42,916 bases of DNA from Deltaproteobacteria bacterium. GTDB lineage: Bacteria; Desulfobacterota; Binatia; Binatales; Binataceae. Position numbers and translations under genes: made by a program. Numbering within the stretch: the stretch's first letter is position 1; each line of letters starts with the position of its first letter. Shown piece after piece: positions 1 to 9,800 of the stretch. The notes below the pieces were generated by a model. It had not been told where the DNA came from and did not search any database. It saw only the letters and a program-made list of their open reading frames with translations. The DNA lies in the NCBI GenBank assembly GCA_021786815.1, contig JAJYMR010000234.1:1-42916 (forward strand), in the 5' to 3' direction.

Positions 1-112
1 GCGATGCGACACGACCAATCGTCATTTGAGACAGAGGATAGACCCTTGACCTTGGTCCAGGGTCAAGCCCGTTAAGCCCAGTCGCTCGACCCCTGCATGG
101 GGATGGCGTCCG

Positions 113-919
113 TCACTCCGGCAGGCCGAACATCCTGGCGAGAGCCTTTATCTCCTCTTTGCGCCACGGCAGCGGCGCGGGGCGCTGGACCATTCCGGCG
201 GCCTTGAGATGCTCGGTTACCTTGGGATCTTCCTTGAACGGTTTGCCATACTCGCCCTCAAAGTAGATCTCTTCCATCGGCAGTCGCGGACGCTGGCCCC
301 CGGCTTCCCATCCCTCGGCGGGATATCCAACCAGCAGTACCCAAAGCGGCACCCAATGGTCGGGCGGCTTAATGGCTGCTTTGATCGGTCCCGGCATGAA
401 GGCCGACAAGCAGACGCCCAGGCCTTCGTCCACCGCGGCAAGCATCGCCTGGCAAGTTGCGATTCCTGCGTCGGCCGCCACTCCGGCAATCGGGGGCGCG
501 CCGCCCGGCCGAGTCGCGGTCATCGCGTTCTCCGACGCGGGCTTAAGGATATTCGGCCACACGAAATCGTCGACGAACTTGTGGCTCCATCCGTGCGTGG
601 CGTTGAGCGCGCCGACGTCAACCAGCTTCTTGAGGCGGTCTTGCGCGCCGCGAAACGCGGTCGGATCGCAGTAGATGTAGATATGCACGGGAGCCAGCTC
701 GATATTGAGCGCCGAGACGGGGGTCTTCATCGCATCCAGCGTCTCGCGCGAAAGTTGATCGCGGAACACGACGATCGCCCGCATGAAGGTCGCGTTGACC
801 GCGCACGAGGCGCGCCGTGCGGCCTCGAGCATGGTCTGGATCTTCTCGCGCTCAACGGGGCGCCACGACTGGAAGTACCGAATCGTACGCCGCCGACCTA
901 CGACTTCTTTGAATTCCAT
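113..919 (-). CDS. Nitroreductase-superfamily protein with long C-terminal tail (paralog 1 of 2)
   Basis: ORF 113..964 trimmed to ATG 919, which has AGGAGAGG just upstream and matches the MELKEV start of the paralog at 11610. It has the N-terminal GRRRTIRYF motif and a DAGIA.CQAML..VDEGLG core typical of the FMN nitroreductase fold. The tail ends PLPWRKEEIKALARMFGLPE, as in the paralog. Confidence 0.8.
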   Translation of the reverse strand: MEFKEVVGRRRTIRYFQSWRPVEREKIQTMLEAARRASCAVNATFMRAIVVFRDQLSRETLDAMKTPVSALNIELAPVHIYIYCDPTAFRGAQDRLKKLVDVGALNATHGWSHKFVDDFVWPNILKPASENAMTATRPGGAPPIAGVAADAGIATCQAMLAAVDEGLGVCLSAFMPGPIKAAIKPPDHWVPLWVLLVGYPAEGWEAGGQRPRLPMEEIYFEGEYGKPFKEDPKVTEHLKAAGMVQRPAPLPWRKEEIKALARMFGLPE

Positions 920-960
920 AAGCCTCTCCTTGCTGAATCGCGCGTCGCTCGCGCGCGTTA

Positions 961-1398
961 TCATGTGGCACTTGCCGCGGCGCGCTTCGCCTCGACGGCG
1001 GCGCGCACCTCGGCCGCGATTTCGCTAAGCGGCGTCCCGGTGGGAAACACTTTCGACACCCCGAGTTCGAGCAGCGCCGGGATGTCGCGCTCGGGAACGG
1101 TTCCTCCGACCAGCACGGCGATCTCTTTCGCCCTGTCGCCAAGCCCGGCGAGCAGCCGCTCGGTGAGCGCGCGATGCGCTCCCGACAGGATGCTCAGCCC
1201 GATTGCGTCCACGTCCTCCTGCAGGGCAACCGCAACGATTTTCTCGACGCTCTGGCGAAGGCCTGTGTAGATAACCTCCATTCCGGCATCGCGCAGGGCG
1301 TAAGCGACGACCTTCGCGCCACGGTCATGGCCGTCGAGGCCGGGCTTGGCAATCAGTACCCGAATGTTATCGTGCTCCATCGCCACGAGTTTCTCCAA
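961..1398 (-). CDS. Cobalamin (B12)-binding small subunit of an acyl-CoA mutase
   Basis: [33 protein letters not shown] contains the DxHxxG B12-binding motif. The gene lies 4 nt downstream of the catalytic subunit. The track start at 1398 is TTG, and ATG 1380 (MEHDNIRVL) is an alternative start. Confidence 0.9.
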   Translation of the reverse strand: MEKLVAMEHDNIRVLIAKPGLDGHDRGAKVVAYALRDAGMEVIYTGLRQSVEKIVAVALQEDVDAIGLSILSGAHRALTERLLAGLGDRAKEIAVLVGGTVPERDIPALLELGVSKVFPTGTPLSEIAAEVRAAVEAKRAAASAT

Positions 1399-1402
1399 AT
1401 CG

Positions 1403-3106
1403 TCAGAGTACGACCGGCTCCTTGAAGGTTCCGAACTCGGCGCGCAGGATTGCGCAAATCTCGCCGATACTTGCGTACGACTTGACCGCGTCCAGGATGA
1501 AGGGCATCAGGTTGACGTCGTCTTTCGTGGCCCTGCCGAGAGCCTCAAGGGCGTGCTTTACACGCGCACCGTCGCGCTCGCGGCGTACCTGGGCGAGTTT
1601 TTCGCACTGGCGAGCGGCAATCCTGGGGTCGCTCTCGTAGAGCTGGAACTGCGAGCGTTCGGGCTCGGGACGGCTGAAGCGGTTGACGCCGACCACGATC
1701 TGCTCGCCCTGCTCGACGCGATTCTGGTATCGATACGCCTCCTGCGCGATCTCGCGCTGGATCATGCCGCTCTCGATACACGCGACCATCCCGCCCGCCG
1801 CTTCGATCCGGTCGATTATCGCGCGCACCTCGCGCTCGGTCTGGTCGGTAAGCGCCTCGATAAAGTGAGAGCCGCCGAGCGGATCGACGACTGTGGGCAC
1901 GTTGGTCTCGTAGGCGAGAATCTGCTGGGTGCGCAGCGCCAACTCGGCGCTCTGCTCGGTCGGGATCGCGAAGGGTTCATCCCACGCGGCGGTGAAAACC
2001 GATTGTACGCCGCCGAGCACCGAGGCGAGCGCCTGGTACGCGACGCGGACGATATTGTTGTAGGGCTGCTGGGCGGTCAGCGTGCTCCCGCCGCACACCA
2101 CGCCGAAGCGGAACATCTGTGCGCGCGGGTCGGTCGCGCCGAAGCGCTCCCTCATGATACCCGCCCAAAGCCGCCGTCCCGCGCGATACTTCGCGACTTC
2201 CTCGAACAGGTCGTTGTGCGTGTAGAAATAGAAGCTTAGCTGCCTGCCGAATTGATTGACGTCGAGCCCGCGCTCGCGGCACGCCTCGACGTAGGTGATG
2301 GCGTCGGCGAGCGTGTAGGCCATCTCCTGCACGGCGGTAGCGCCCGCGTCGCGGAAATGGGCGCCGGCGATACTGATCGCGTTGAAGCGCGGCGCATGCT
2401 TCACGCAATACTCGATCGTATCGACGATAAGACGAAGCGAAGGCGCGGGCGGGAAGATCCACGTTCCGCGCGAGACGTATTCCTTCAGGATGTCGTTCTG
2501 GATCGTGCCGGAAATCCGCTCCGCCGCCACGCCCTGGCGTTCTGCCACCGCCAGGTACATCGCGAGCAGGATCGCGGCGGTCGAATTTATCGTGAACGAC
2601 GCGCTGATTTTTCCGAGCGGGATGCCTTCGAAGAGTTCCTCCATGTCGGCCAGCGTATCGATCGCCACGCCCACGCGTCCGACATCGTCGGCGGCCATCG
2701 GGTCGTCGGAGTCGAGTCCGAGTTGGGTCGGCAGGTCGAGCGCGACGGAGATCCCGGTCTGTCCCTGCTCGAGCAGCCATCGGTAGCGCTGATTGGTCTC
2801 GCGAGCGGTGCCGAAGCCGCTGTACTGGCGCATCGTCCACAGCCGCCCGCGATACATCGAGGGCTGCACGCCGCGCGTGAACGGGTACTCGCCCGGCAAT
2901 CCGAGCGTATCGCGCTCATCGGCGTCGCGCTCGGTGTAAAGGATGTCGAGTTCGAGGCCCGACGAAGTGCGCGCGGGCGGAAGGTCGAGCTTTTCCACTT
3001 CTTCGCGCCATCGGCGCTCGGCGTTATCCGCTTCCCGTTCCTTTGCGTTGGGTTCGTTGGCCTCGGGGCCGTGTGCTCGACTGATTGAATCCGCCGTCTT
3101 TGCCAT
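1403..3106 (-). CDS. Acyl-CoA mutase catalytic (large) subunit, methylmalonyl-CoA-mutase-like
   Basis: Colinear with the MCM alpha TIM-barrel: [60 protein letters not shown] and [14 protein letters not shown] 3106 is preceded by GGGAGAAG. Confidence 0.93.
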   Translation of the reverse strand: MAKTADSISRAHGPEANEPNAKEREADNAERRWREEVEKLDLPPARTSSGLELDILYTERDADERDTLGLPGEYPFTRGVQPSMYRGRLWTMRQYSGFGTARETNQRYRWLLEQGQTGISVALDLPTQLGLDSDDPMAADDVGRVGVAIDTLADMEELFEGIPLGKISASFTINSTAAILLAMYLAVAERQGVAAERISGTIQNDILKEYVSRGTWIFPPAPSLRLIVDTIEYCVKHAPRFNAISIAGAHFRDAGATAVQEMAYTLADAITYVEACRERGLDVNQFGRQLSFYFYTHNDLFEEVAKYRAGRRLWAGIMRERFGATDPRAQMFRFGVVCGGSTLTAQQPYNNIVRVAYQALASVLGGVQSVFTAAWDEPFAIPTEQSAELALRTQQILAYETNVPTVVDPLGGSHFIEALTDQTEREVRAIIDRIEAAGGMVACIESGMIQREIAQEAYRYQNRVEQGEQIVVGVNRFSRPEPERSQFQLYESDPRIAARQCEKLAQVRRERDGARVKHALEALGRATKDDVNLMPFILDAVKSYASIGEICAILRAEFGTFKEPVVL

Positions 3107-3136
3107 ACGCTTCTCCCCGGATGGTCGCCCGGGTCA

Positions 3137-3922
3137 CTACTTGGAACGCCGCTCCTTCCATCGCGCGAGCGCCTCTTGATGCGCGTCGGATATCCAGGTG
3201 CGCGCGAAGGAGTCCGCTTCGAATTCTATCGCTTCTCCTTCTTCCAGGCCTTCACCGTCGTCCACCTGGCGCTTGATTGTGTGCACTGCGGAAGTCGGGT
3301 TCGCCGCGATACGCTCGGCAAGCTCGATCGCGTTTTGCAGCACTTCGGCCGGCTCAACGACGAAATCGACCAGGCCAAGACGAAGCGCCTCCTTTGCGTT
3401 GATTACCTCACCCGTCAACAGAAGGCGAAGCGCGACGCCGCGTCCGACCAGGTGTACAAGTCTCTGCCGTCCGCCCCACGCGGGAGTTATTCCGATCGTT
3501 ACCTGCTTGAAGGCGAAATGGGCCTTCTTGCTCGCGACCCTTATGTCGCAGGCGAGCGCGACTTCGCATCCGCCGCCGAAACTGTCGCCGTTGATCGCGC
3601 CAATAACCGGAACGGGCAACCGGCTCATCCGGTTCATCAGAATCTGCATCTGGCGCGACATCGCGGCCGCGGCTGCGTGGGTCGTAATCTGTTCGAATTC
3701 CTTCAGATCGCCGCCCGAAACGAAGGTGCGATCGCCCGCGCCAGTCACGACCGCGGCGGCGAGATGCGGCGCCTGCTCGACGTAGCCGAGGACGCGATCG
3801 AGCTCAGTCATCGTCGCAAGACCTACCGCGTTATGAACGGCCGGGCGGTCGAAGGTTATCAGGGCGACACGGTCGCGCTCTTCGTAGCGTAGATGTTCGA
3901 GGCCGTCAGGAATTTCAGCCAA
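3137..3922 (-). CDS. Enoyl-CoA hydratase/isomerase (crotonase) family protein
   Basis: Motifs ITFDRPAVHNA, VVTGAGDRTFVSGGDLKEF and GAINGDSFGGGCEVALACDIRVA are the crotonase fold and oxyanion-hole motifs. The start is TTG with AAGGA upstream. Confidence 0.88.
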   Translation of the reverse strand: MAEIPDGLEHLRYEERDRVALITFDRPAVHNAVGLATMTELDRVLGYVEQAPHLAAAVVTGAGDRTFVSGGDLKEFEQITTHAAAAAMSRQMQILMNRMSRLPVPVIGAINGDSFGGGCEVALACDIRVASKKAHFAFKQVTIGITPAWGGRQRLVHLVGRGVALRLLLTGEVINAKEALRLGLVDFVVEPAEVLQNAIELAERIAANPTSAVHTIKRQVDDGEGLEEGEAIEFEADSFARTWISDAHQEALARWKERRSK

Positions 3923-4042
3923 ACTCCCAATCCTTTGCTATGAAATTCAGGGACATTTGCTCACAGTCGACAGTTTGTCGCAATCAGCAGATGCGACTGG
4001 ACGCGCGCTGACGACCGTTTTTTCCGGGCGATGCGGCGTTTG

Positions 4043-4978
4043 TCACTCGCGCGCGAGCAGGTCGCTCAGCGAGCGGCCTTCGTGCAGGCGTTTGATTGCT
4101 TCCGCAAGCATCGGCGCAAGACCAACCGGATGAATCGCAAGCGGCATCGCCCGCACCACGAGACTGTCGGTCGTGAAAAGCGCTTTGATCCCCAGCGCCG
4201 TAAGACGCTCGAGCGCCGGACCCGTGAAGAGCCCGTGCGTGCTCGCGACAAGCGCGTCGCCGGCGCATCCGGCTGCAAACAGCGCCTGATGTGCAGCCTC
4301 GATCGTCCCGCCGGTGCTGATCATGTCGTCCACGATGACCGGTGAGCGGCCTTGGACGTCGCCCACGACTCCGCTCGCTTCGACTCGCTCGGCACTGATT
4401 CGCGTCTTGTGCACGATCGCCATGGGCAAATCGAGAATCCGGGCGTAACGCCGGGCGAGTTTGACCGCGCCGAGATCGGGTGCGACGACGACCGCCTGGC
4501 GAGGCAGATGGGGGCGAAGCGCTTCGGCGAGGAGCGGCACGGCGCTCAGATGCTCGAGCGGGATCGAAAAGACGGCTTCGAGCGCCGCCGTGTGAAGGTC
4601 AACCGCCACGACGCGCTCGATACCGCTTGCGGCAATCAGGTCGGCAATCAGCCGCGCGCCTACCGATTCACGGCCGGTTACCCGGCGGTCCTGACGCGCG
4701 TAGCCCAAATACGGAATCACCGCCGTGAGCCTATGCACGCCAGCGCGCCGAGAGGCGTCGGCCATCAGCATCAGGTCCATCAGATGCTCGTCAACCGGCG
4801 GACCGGTGGGCTGGATAAGGTAAACGTCGTGACCTCGAACGGTCGCCTTCAGCTCGACGCGCAGCTCCGTGTCGGGGAAACGCGTCAGCGCCCTAGAACG
4901 CAGCGCGACACCGAGGCGCTCGGCAACTGATTCCGCCAGGGATGGATTGGCGGAGCCTGCAAAAAGCGAGAGTTCCAT
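4043..4978 (-). CDS. prs: Ribose-phosphate pyrophosphokinase
   Basis: Contains MELSLFAGSANPSLAESVAERLG, the PRPP-binding loop VIVDDMISTGGTI, and VVAPDLGAVKLARRYA. I trimmed the track ORF (TTG 5020) to ATG 4978, which gives the typical Prs N-terminus. Confidence 0.92.
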   Translation of the reverse strand: MELSLFAGSANPSLAESVAERLGVALRSRALTRFPDTELRVELKATVRGHDVYLIQPTGPPVDEHLMDLMLMADASRRAGVHRLTAVIPYLGYARQDRRVTGRESVGARLIADLIAASGIERVVAVDLHTAALEAVFSIPLEHLSAVPLLAEALRPHLPRQAVVVAPDLGAVKLARRYARILDLPMAIVHKTRISAERVEASGVVGDVQGRSPVIVDDMISTGGTIEAAHQALFAAGCAGDALVASTHGLFTGPALERLTALGIKALFTTDSLVVRAMPLAIHPVGLAPMLAEAIKRLHEGRSLSDLLARE

Positions 4979-5161
4979 TGGCGCGAGAGCCGGAAGTGGC
5001 CGGCCTCCCAGTCGGCGCAACAGGGTATTTTATGGACTTGCCTAAGCATCGAACATGCCAGCCAGGCCCGAAAGGGTTGCCTGCACCACTTTTCGACTGC
5101 TTGGAGTGACTCGGCCCGAAAGGGACGGTTACGGAGCGTAGCCGCCCGCAGGACGTGCGCG

Positions 5162-5199
5162 AAAGAAAAAAACGGCGCGACCGCCAGGGCGATCGCGCC
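5162..5199 (-). terminator. Rho-independent terminator of the RRM-protein gene
   Basis: Minus-strand RNA forms GGCGCGAUCGC-CCUG-GCGGUCGCGCC, an 11-bp stem with one G-U pair. It is followed by G and seven U, and lies 30 nt after the stop codon at 5229. Confidence 0.78.
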
Positions 5200-5228
5200 G
5201 TCGTCATTTCAGATGACCTTATGGGTGC

Positions 5229-5579
5229 TTACCAGCGTGGGCCACGCCCGCCGCGGCCGCCACCACCACCGTGACCACCACCGCCGCCGCGCCGGCGCTC
5301 GCCGCCGCCACCGCCCCCACCGGAGCGAGGCGCGGTTTCGCGCGCGCGGTCGATTTTGATCCGGCGGCCCTTGAGTTCCGTGTCGTTCAGCGTCTGGATT
5401 GCCCGGTCCGCATCTTCCGACTCCGCCATTTCGACGAAGCCGAAGCCTCGCGACTGACCGGAGAACTTGTCGGAAATCACCGCTGCGCTGTGAACCGTAC
5501 CGACCTGTGCGAAGAACTCGGCAAGGTCTTCCTGAGTAACGTCGTAGGCGAGATTGCCTACGTACAATTTGCTGGGCAT
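5229..5579 (-). CDS. RRM-type RNA-binding protein with Gly/Arg-rich (RGG-like) tail
   Basis: RNP-2 motif KLYVGNL and RNP-1 motif RGFGFVEM are present. The C-terminus reads RSGGGGGGGERRRGGGGGHGGGGGRGGRG. Confidence 0.9.
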   Translation of the reverse strand: MPSKLYVGNLAYDVTQEDLAEFFAQVGTVHSAAVISDKFSGQSRGFGFVEMAESEDADRAIQTLNDTELKGRRIKIDRARETAPRSGGGGGGGERRRGGGGGHGGGGGRGGRGPRW

Positions 5580-5682
5580 TCGATGCCCTCCTTGTGAATT
5601 AGCTGGAGGTTCTTAAACGGGAGACCCTGCGGGTTACCTTGCGGGTTCGGCGTGAAAGAAATCGTCCTAGCGTACTCTTTTC

Positions 5683-5710
5683 AGCATAACGTCAATTGAA
5701 GTTGAGTCAA
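5683..5710 (-). promoter_or_regulatory. Candidate sigma70-type promoter for the RRM-protein gene
   Basis: On the minus strand, TTGACT (5710..5705) is followed by a 16-nt spacer and TATGCT (5688..5683). This would give a 5'UTR of roughly 100 nt. Confidence 0.35.
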
Positions 5711-5813
5711 GCGTGGCACATCGGGTGCCTTGAAAGGCAAATCAGCGGCCGTTTGAGCCTGATTCGTTAGGCGCGCGCTTCAGAGGGCCTAGTTGCACGT
5801 CGGCGCCGTTCGC

Positions 5814-6506
5814 TCACTCTTCAAAAAGGTTCATACGGACGCTATGTAGATGCTCCTGCATCGCGATACGCGCGGCTTCGGGTTCTCTCTGCTTCAATGC
5901 CTCAACGATCCTCCGATGCTCGCGGTTGGACTCGATTCGCCGCTCGCGTGTGACCGCGCGACGGCGCAGGCTTACCCATTCGGGCCTGAAGCGGGCGAGG
6001 TTGATGGCCTCGTAGATATCGATGAGCAGGCGATTTTTGGTGACCGCGACGAGCGCCAGATGGAGCTTGGCGTTCCACTGTTCCCATTCGGGGAAGGTTT
6101 CAGAACGCTCGGCGTTTTCCAGGATGCTCTCGAGTTCGCGCAGCTCGCCCATGGTCGCACGGGCGACGATGAGGTCGACCAGTTGCGCCTCGATAAGCGT
6201 GCGGATTTCAAGCACTTCGGCAGGGCTTGCTCCCGTGATGCTTTCGATAAGCGTTCGGGCGCCATCGGGCACCGCGGGCGCGGCGACGAAGGTGCCGCGC
6301 CCAACCTGCCGAACGATCCTGCGTTTGAGCTCAAGCGCGCGCAGGGCCTTGCGGACAGTGTTGCGCGCCACGCCGAAGCGGCACACCAGTTCGCGCTCGG
6401 TGGGGAGCCTGTCGCCGGAACTCCAGGAGCCGTCGGCGATTTTCTGCTCGATGTAGCAGACCAGGCGTTTGCACGCCTTCTCAGCCTTTTGTCGAACGTT
6501 GGTCAC
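5814..6506 (-). CDS. GntR-family transcriptional regulator (FadR/FCD-type C-terminal domain)
   Basis: Winged-HTH motif RLPTERELVCRFGVARNTVRKALRALE..GRGTFV, followed by an all-helical C-terminal domain. The start codon is GTG. Confidence 0.9.
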   Translation of the reverse strand: MTNVRQKAEKACKRLVCYIEQKIADGSWSSGDRLPTERELVCRFGVARNTVRKALRALELKRRIVRQVGRGTFVAAPAVPDGARTLIESITGASPAEVLEIRTLIEAQLVDLIVARATMGELRELESILENAERSETFPEWEQWNAKLHLALVAVTKNRLLIDIYEAINLARFRPEWVSLRRRAVTRERRIESNREHRRIVEALKQREPEAARIAMQEHLHSVRMNLFEE

Positions 6507-6541
6507 CGCTTCAGTGCGCAGAGAGCCGAAGCTCGCTGAAG

Positions 6542-6562
6542 TAGACCAATAAATAGACCAAT
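6542..6562. promoter_or_regulatory. Direct repeat TAGACCAAT x2 (12-nt period), candidate GntR operator
   Basis: TAGACCAAT occurs at 6542..6550 and 6554..6562, about 36 nt upstream of the gntR start. ACCAAT/ATTGGT resembles half-sites of FadR-subfamily GntR boxes. Confidence 0.35.
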
Positions 6563-6600
6563 TTCAAGCATATGGCCATACGACTCGGCGAGAAATCTCG

Positions 6601-6629
6601 TTGACATGCCGAACGTTGCGAGCCATCAT
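6601..6629 (+). promoter_or_regulatory. Candidate sigma70-type promoter for the RND pump operon
   Basis: TTGACA (6601..6606), a 17-nt spacer, then CATCAT (6624..6629). A perfect TATAAT also occurs at 6732..6737 but has a poor -35 element. Confidence 0.3.
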
Positions 6630-6655
6630 TCTTGTTCGAAGGTCATCAGGACTAC

Positions 6656-6668
6656 AATTGGTTCACCA
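6656..6668. promoter_or_regulatory. Palindromic GntR-type box AATTGGT-TC-ACCA
   Basis: TGGT-TC-ACCA is an inverted repeat at 6659..6668, just downstream of the candidate pump promoter. It fits the generic GntR GT-Nx-AC operator architecture. Confidence 0.3.
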
Positions 6669-6838
6669 CCTTTTCGATGATATTTGCCGCCCCGGCCCGC
6701 GAAGATGGGTAACCGTTTCGCCGGGTCCGCGTATAATTGAGGTTCGAGGTTCCGCGGCATAGCCACGGCCGAATCCGCGCCAGCATGGAGGCCACCGGTT
6801 GCTTCGCCGTCATGTGAACGGCGAGAGGTATTCATCCC

Positions 6839-9800
6839 ATGATGTGGTTGGTTCGTTTGGCGCTGCGCCGTCCACTCTCGGTGGCGGTCATGGCGCTTCT
6901 GATGCTGGTGCTCGGCGCCCTGTCCTTCGAACTGATGAACGTCGACATCTTCCCGTCAATTGACCTGCCGGTTGTGATGGTGGTCTGGAGCTACCCGGGC
7001 CTGTCGGCGATCGACATGGAACGGCGCATGGTGATCATCAGCGAGCGCGCCTATTCGACCACCGTCAACGGCATGGAGCACATCGAGTCGGAATCGATAA
7101 ACGGGCTCGGGATCATGAAGATATACTTCCAGCCCGGAACGAGTATCGGGGCTGCGATAGCGCAGATAAACGCGGTCTCGGAGACGATTCTGACCATCCT
7201 GCCCCGCGGAACCGAGCCACCTCAGATCATTTCCTACAACGCCGCCAACGTGCCCGTGGCACAGCTCAACATTTACAGCGACACGCTCTCGGGCGCGCAG
7301 CTCTTCGACTACGGCCTCAACTTCATCCGCGTGCAGCTTTTCACCATCCCCGGCTTTTCGACCCCGGCGCCGCTCGGCGGAGTGGGGCGCAACGTGATGG
7401 TGAATCTCAATCCGGCGGCGATGTACGCCAACGGGCTTTCTCCGCAGGACGTGGGCAACGCGATAGCCCAGCAGGTCGTCGTGATTCCTTCGGGCACGGC
7501 CAAGATGGGCAATTACGAGTACAACATCGACCTCAACATGAGTCCGGAGAACGTGCCCGACTTCAACCGCATCCCGATCAAGACGGTGAACGGAACGCCG
7601 GTCTTCCTGGGCGACGTTGCGCCGGTCAGCGACACCCATCAGCCGCAGACCAACGTGGTCAGGATCAACGGCAAGCTCGCGACCTACCTGATGGTTATCA
7701 AGCACGCCTCCGCTTCGACGCTCACGGTCGTGGACGCGGTCCGGGCGCGCATCCCCGAGATTCTCGCGATTGCGCCCAAGGGCCTGAAGGCGGCGCTCGC
7801 CTTCGACCAGTCGAAGTTCGTGCGCGCCGCGCTATGGGACGTCGTTCAGGAGGCGGTGACTGCGGCCATCCTGGTGGCGCTGATGGTGCTGGTGTTCCTG
7901 GGTTCGCCGCGCAGCATGCTGATCGTCATCACCTCGATCCCGCTTTCCATCCTGACCGCTTTCGTCGGACTCAAGCTGGCCGGCCAGACCATCAATACGA
8001 TGACGCTCGGCGGAATCGCGCTGGCGGTCGGGATGCTGGTGGACGACGCCACCGTCGAAGTCGAGAACATCCATCGCAACCACGCGATGGGAAAGCCGTT
8101 GCTGGTGGCGATCCTGGACGGCGCGCGGCAGATCGCGACGCCCACCCTGGTCGGCACGCTGGCCATCTGCATCGTCTTCTTTCCGGTGGTGCTGCTGAGC
8201 GGGGTCGCGAAGTTCCTGTTTACGCCGCTCGCGCTCGCGGTGGTTTTCGCGATGCTGACGTCGTACCTGCTCTCGCGCACCCTGGTCACCACGATGGCGC
8301 GCTATCTCTTGCCTGAAACTCCCGAGGTGGCTCCTGGCCACAGTCTGTGGGGCCGGTTCGTCGCCGGATTCGAGCGCGGTTTCGAGCGCGTGCGCGAGCG
8401 CTACCGCAGCGCACTCAGCAGCTTCATCGCGCATCGCGCGTTCACGCTGACGTGCGTATCGCTGATGATCGTGGTGTCGGCGAGCCTTGTTTTGGTCGTG
8501 GGCGAGGATTTCTTCCCGGCGGTGGACGCGGGGATGATGCGGCTTCACGTACGCGCGCCGACCGGAACCCGGATTGAGCGCACCGAATGGCTTGTGGCGA
8601 ACATCGATCGCGAGATCCGGAAGATAATTCCGCCCGGCGAACTGGAAGGAATCAGCGACAATATCGGGCTGCCGGTTTCCTATGACCTCGCCTTCTATCA
8701 AACCGACAGCATCGGCCCGCAGGACGCCGACATTCTGATTCAGCTCAAACCCGAGCATCGTCCCACCGCGATGTACCAGACGCGGATTCGCGAGATGCTA
8801 AGGCGCAAGTTTCCCAACGTAGAGGGCTATTTCCAGGCAGCCGATATCATCGGACAGGTGCTGAACTTCGGACTGCCCGCCGCGATCGACGCGCAGGTGT
8901 CGGGCAACGACCTCGCGTCGGATTACGCCATCGCCGCGCGTCTGAAGGCCCTGATGGCGCGCATTCCCGGCATCACCGACCTGCGTATCGCCGAGCCGCT
9001 CGATTACCCGGCGTTCAAGGTTGACGTCGATCGGGCCAAGGCGTTGCAACTGGGCCTGACCGAGACGCAGGTCGCGTCGAGCCTGCTCACTTCCTTGAGC
9101 GGAAACGTACTCCTGCAGCCGGCTTTCTGGCTGGACCCCAAGAACGGCGTCAATTACGACGTCATTTCCCAGACCCCGCAACACATCGTCGATTCGGTCG
9201 GCAGTTTGGCCAACACGCCGCTCAGCACTCCGGGTACAACCACCGGCACTGACGCGGCAGGCGCTACAGGTACTACGGGTGCGACTGGTATCGCGGGAGC
9301 CAGCGGTCCGTCCGGGCAACCGCAATTGCTCGGCAACGTCGCATCCATAAGTCATACGCTCGATCCGGCCGTCGTGGAGCATTACACCGTGCAGCGCGTA
9401 ATCGACGTGGACGCTGCCGTCTCCGGACGCGACCTTGGCAGCGCGAGCGCGTCTGTCCAGCGTGCGATCAACAGTCTCGGCAAGCTGCCGCCCGGCACGA
9501 AAATCGTCATCCGGGGCCAGAGCCAGGCGATGCGCGAGTCGTTCAGGACGCTCGGCTTCGGAATTATTTTGGCAATCGTGCTGGTTTACCTGCTGATGGT
9601 GGCGAATTTCCAGTCGTGGCTCGAACCGTTCATCATCATGATGGCGATACCGGGCGCGTTGGCTGGCGTGTTGTGGATCCTGGTGCTCACCGGCACCACC
9701 ATCAATGTTGAGTCGCTGATGGGTGCGATCATGGCGGTGGGAGTCGGCGTCGCAAACGGAAACCTGCTGATCACATTCGCCAACGATCTGCGCGAGGAGG

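Noticed and set aside
1-112. Terminator for the mutase operon: CTTGACC..GGTCAAG imperfect palindrome around 44..67.
   Set aside because: The usable stem is only 7 bp with a mismatch-interrupted extension, and no U-tract follows on the minus strand.
3923-4042. Cobalamin riboswitch upstream of the B12-dependent mutase operon.
   Set aside because: The spacer is only 120 nt and I saw no B12-box-like sequence. Only a small CGACA-GTT-TGTCG palindrome is present.
5050-5130. SRP (4.5S) RNA, suggested by the CCAGGCCCGAAAGGG GNRA hairpin.
   Set aside because: It lacks the conserved GGAAGCAGC / AGG..CC symmetric-loop sequence of SRP domain IV on either strand.
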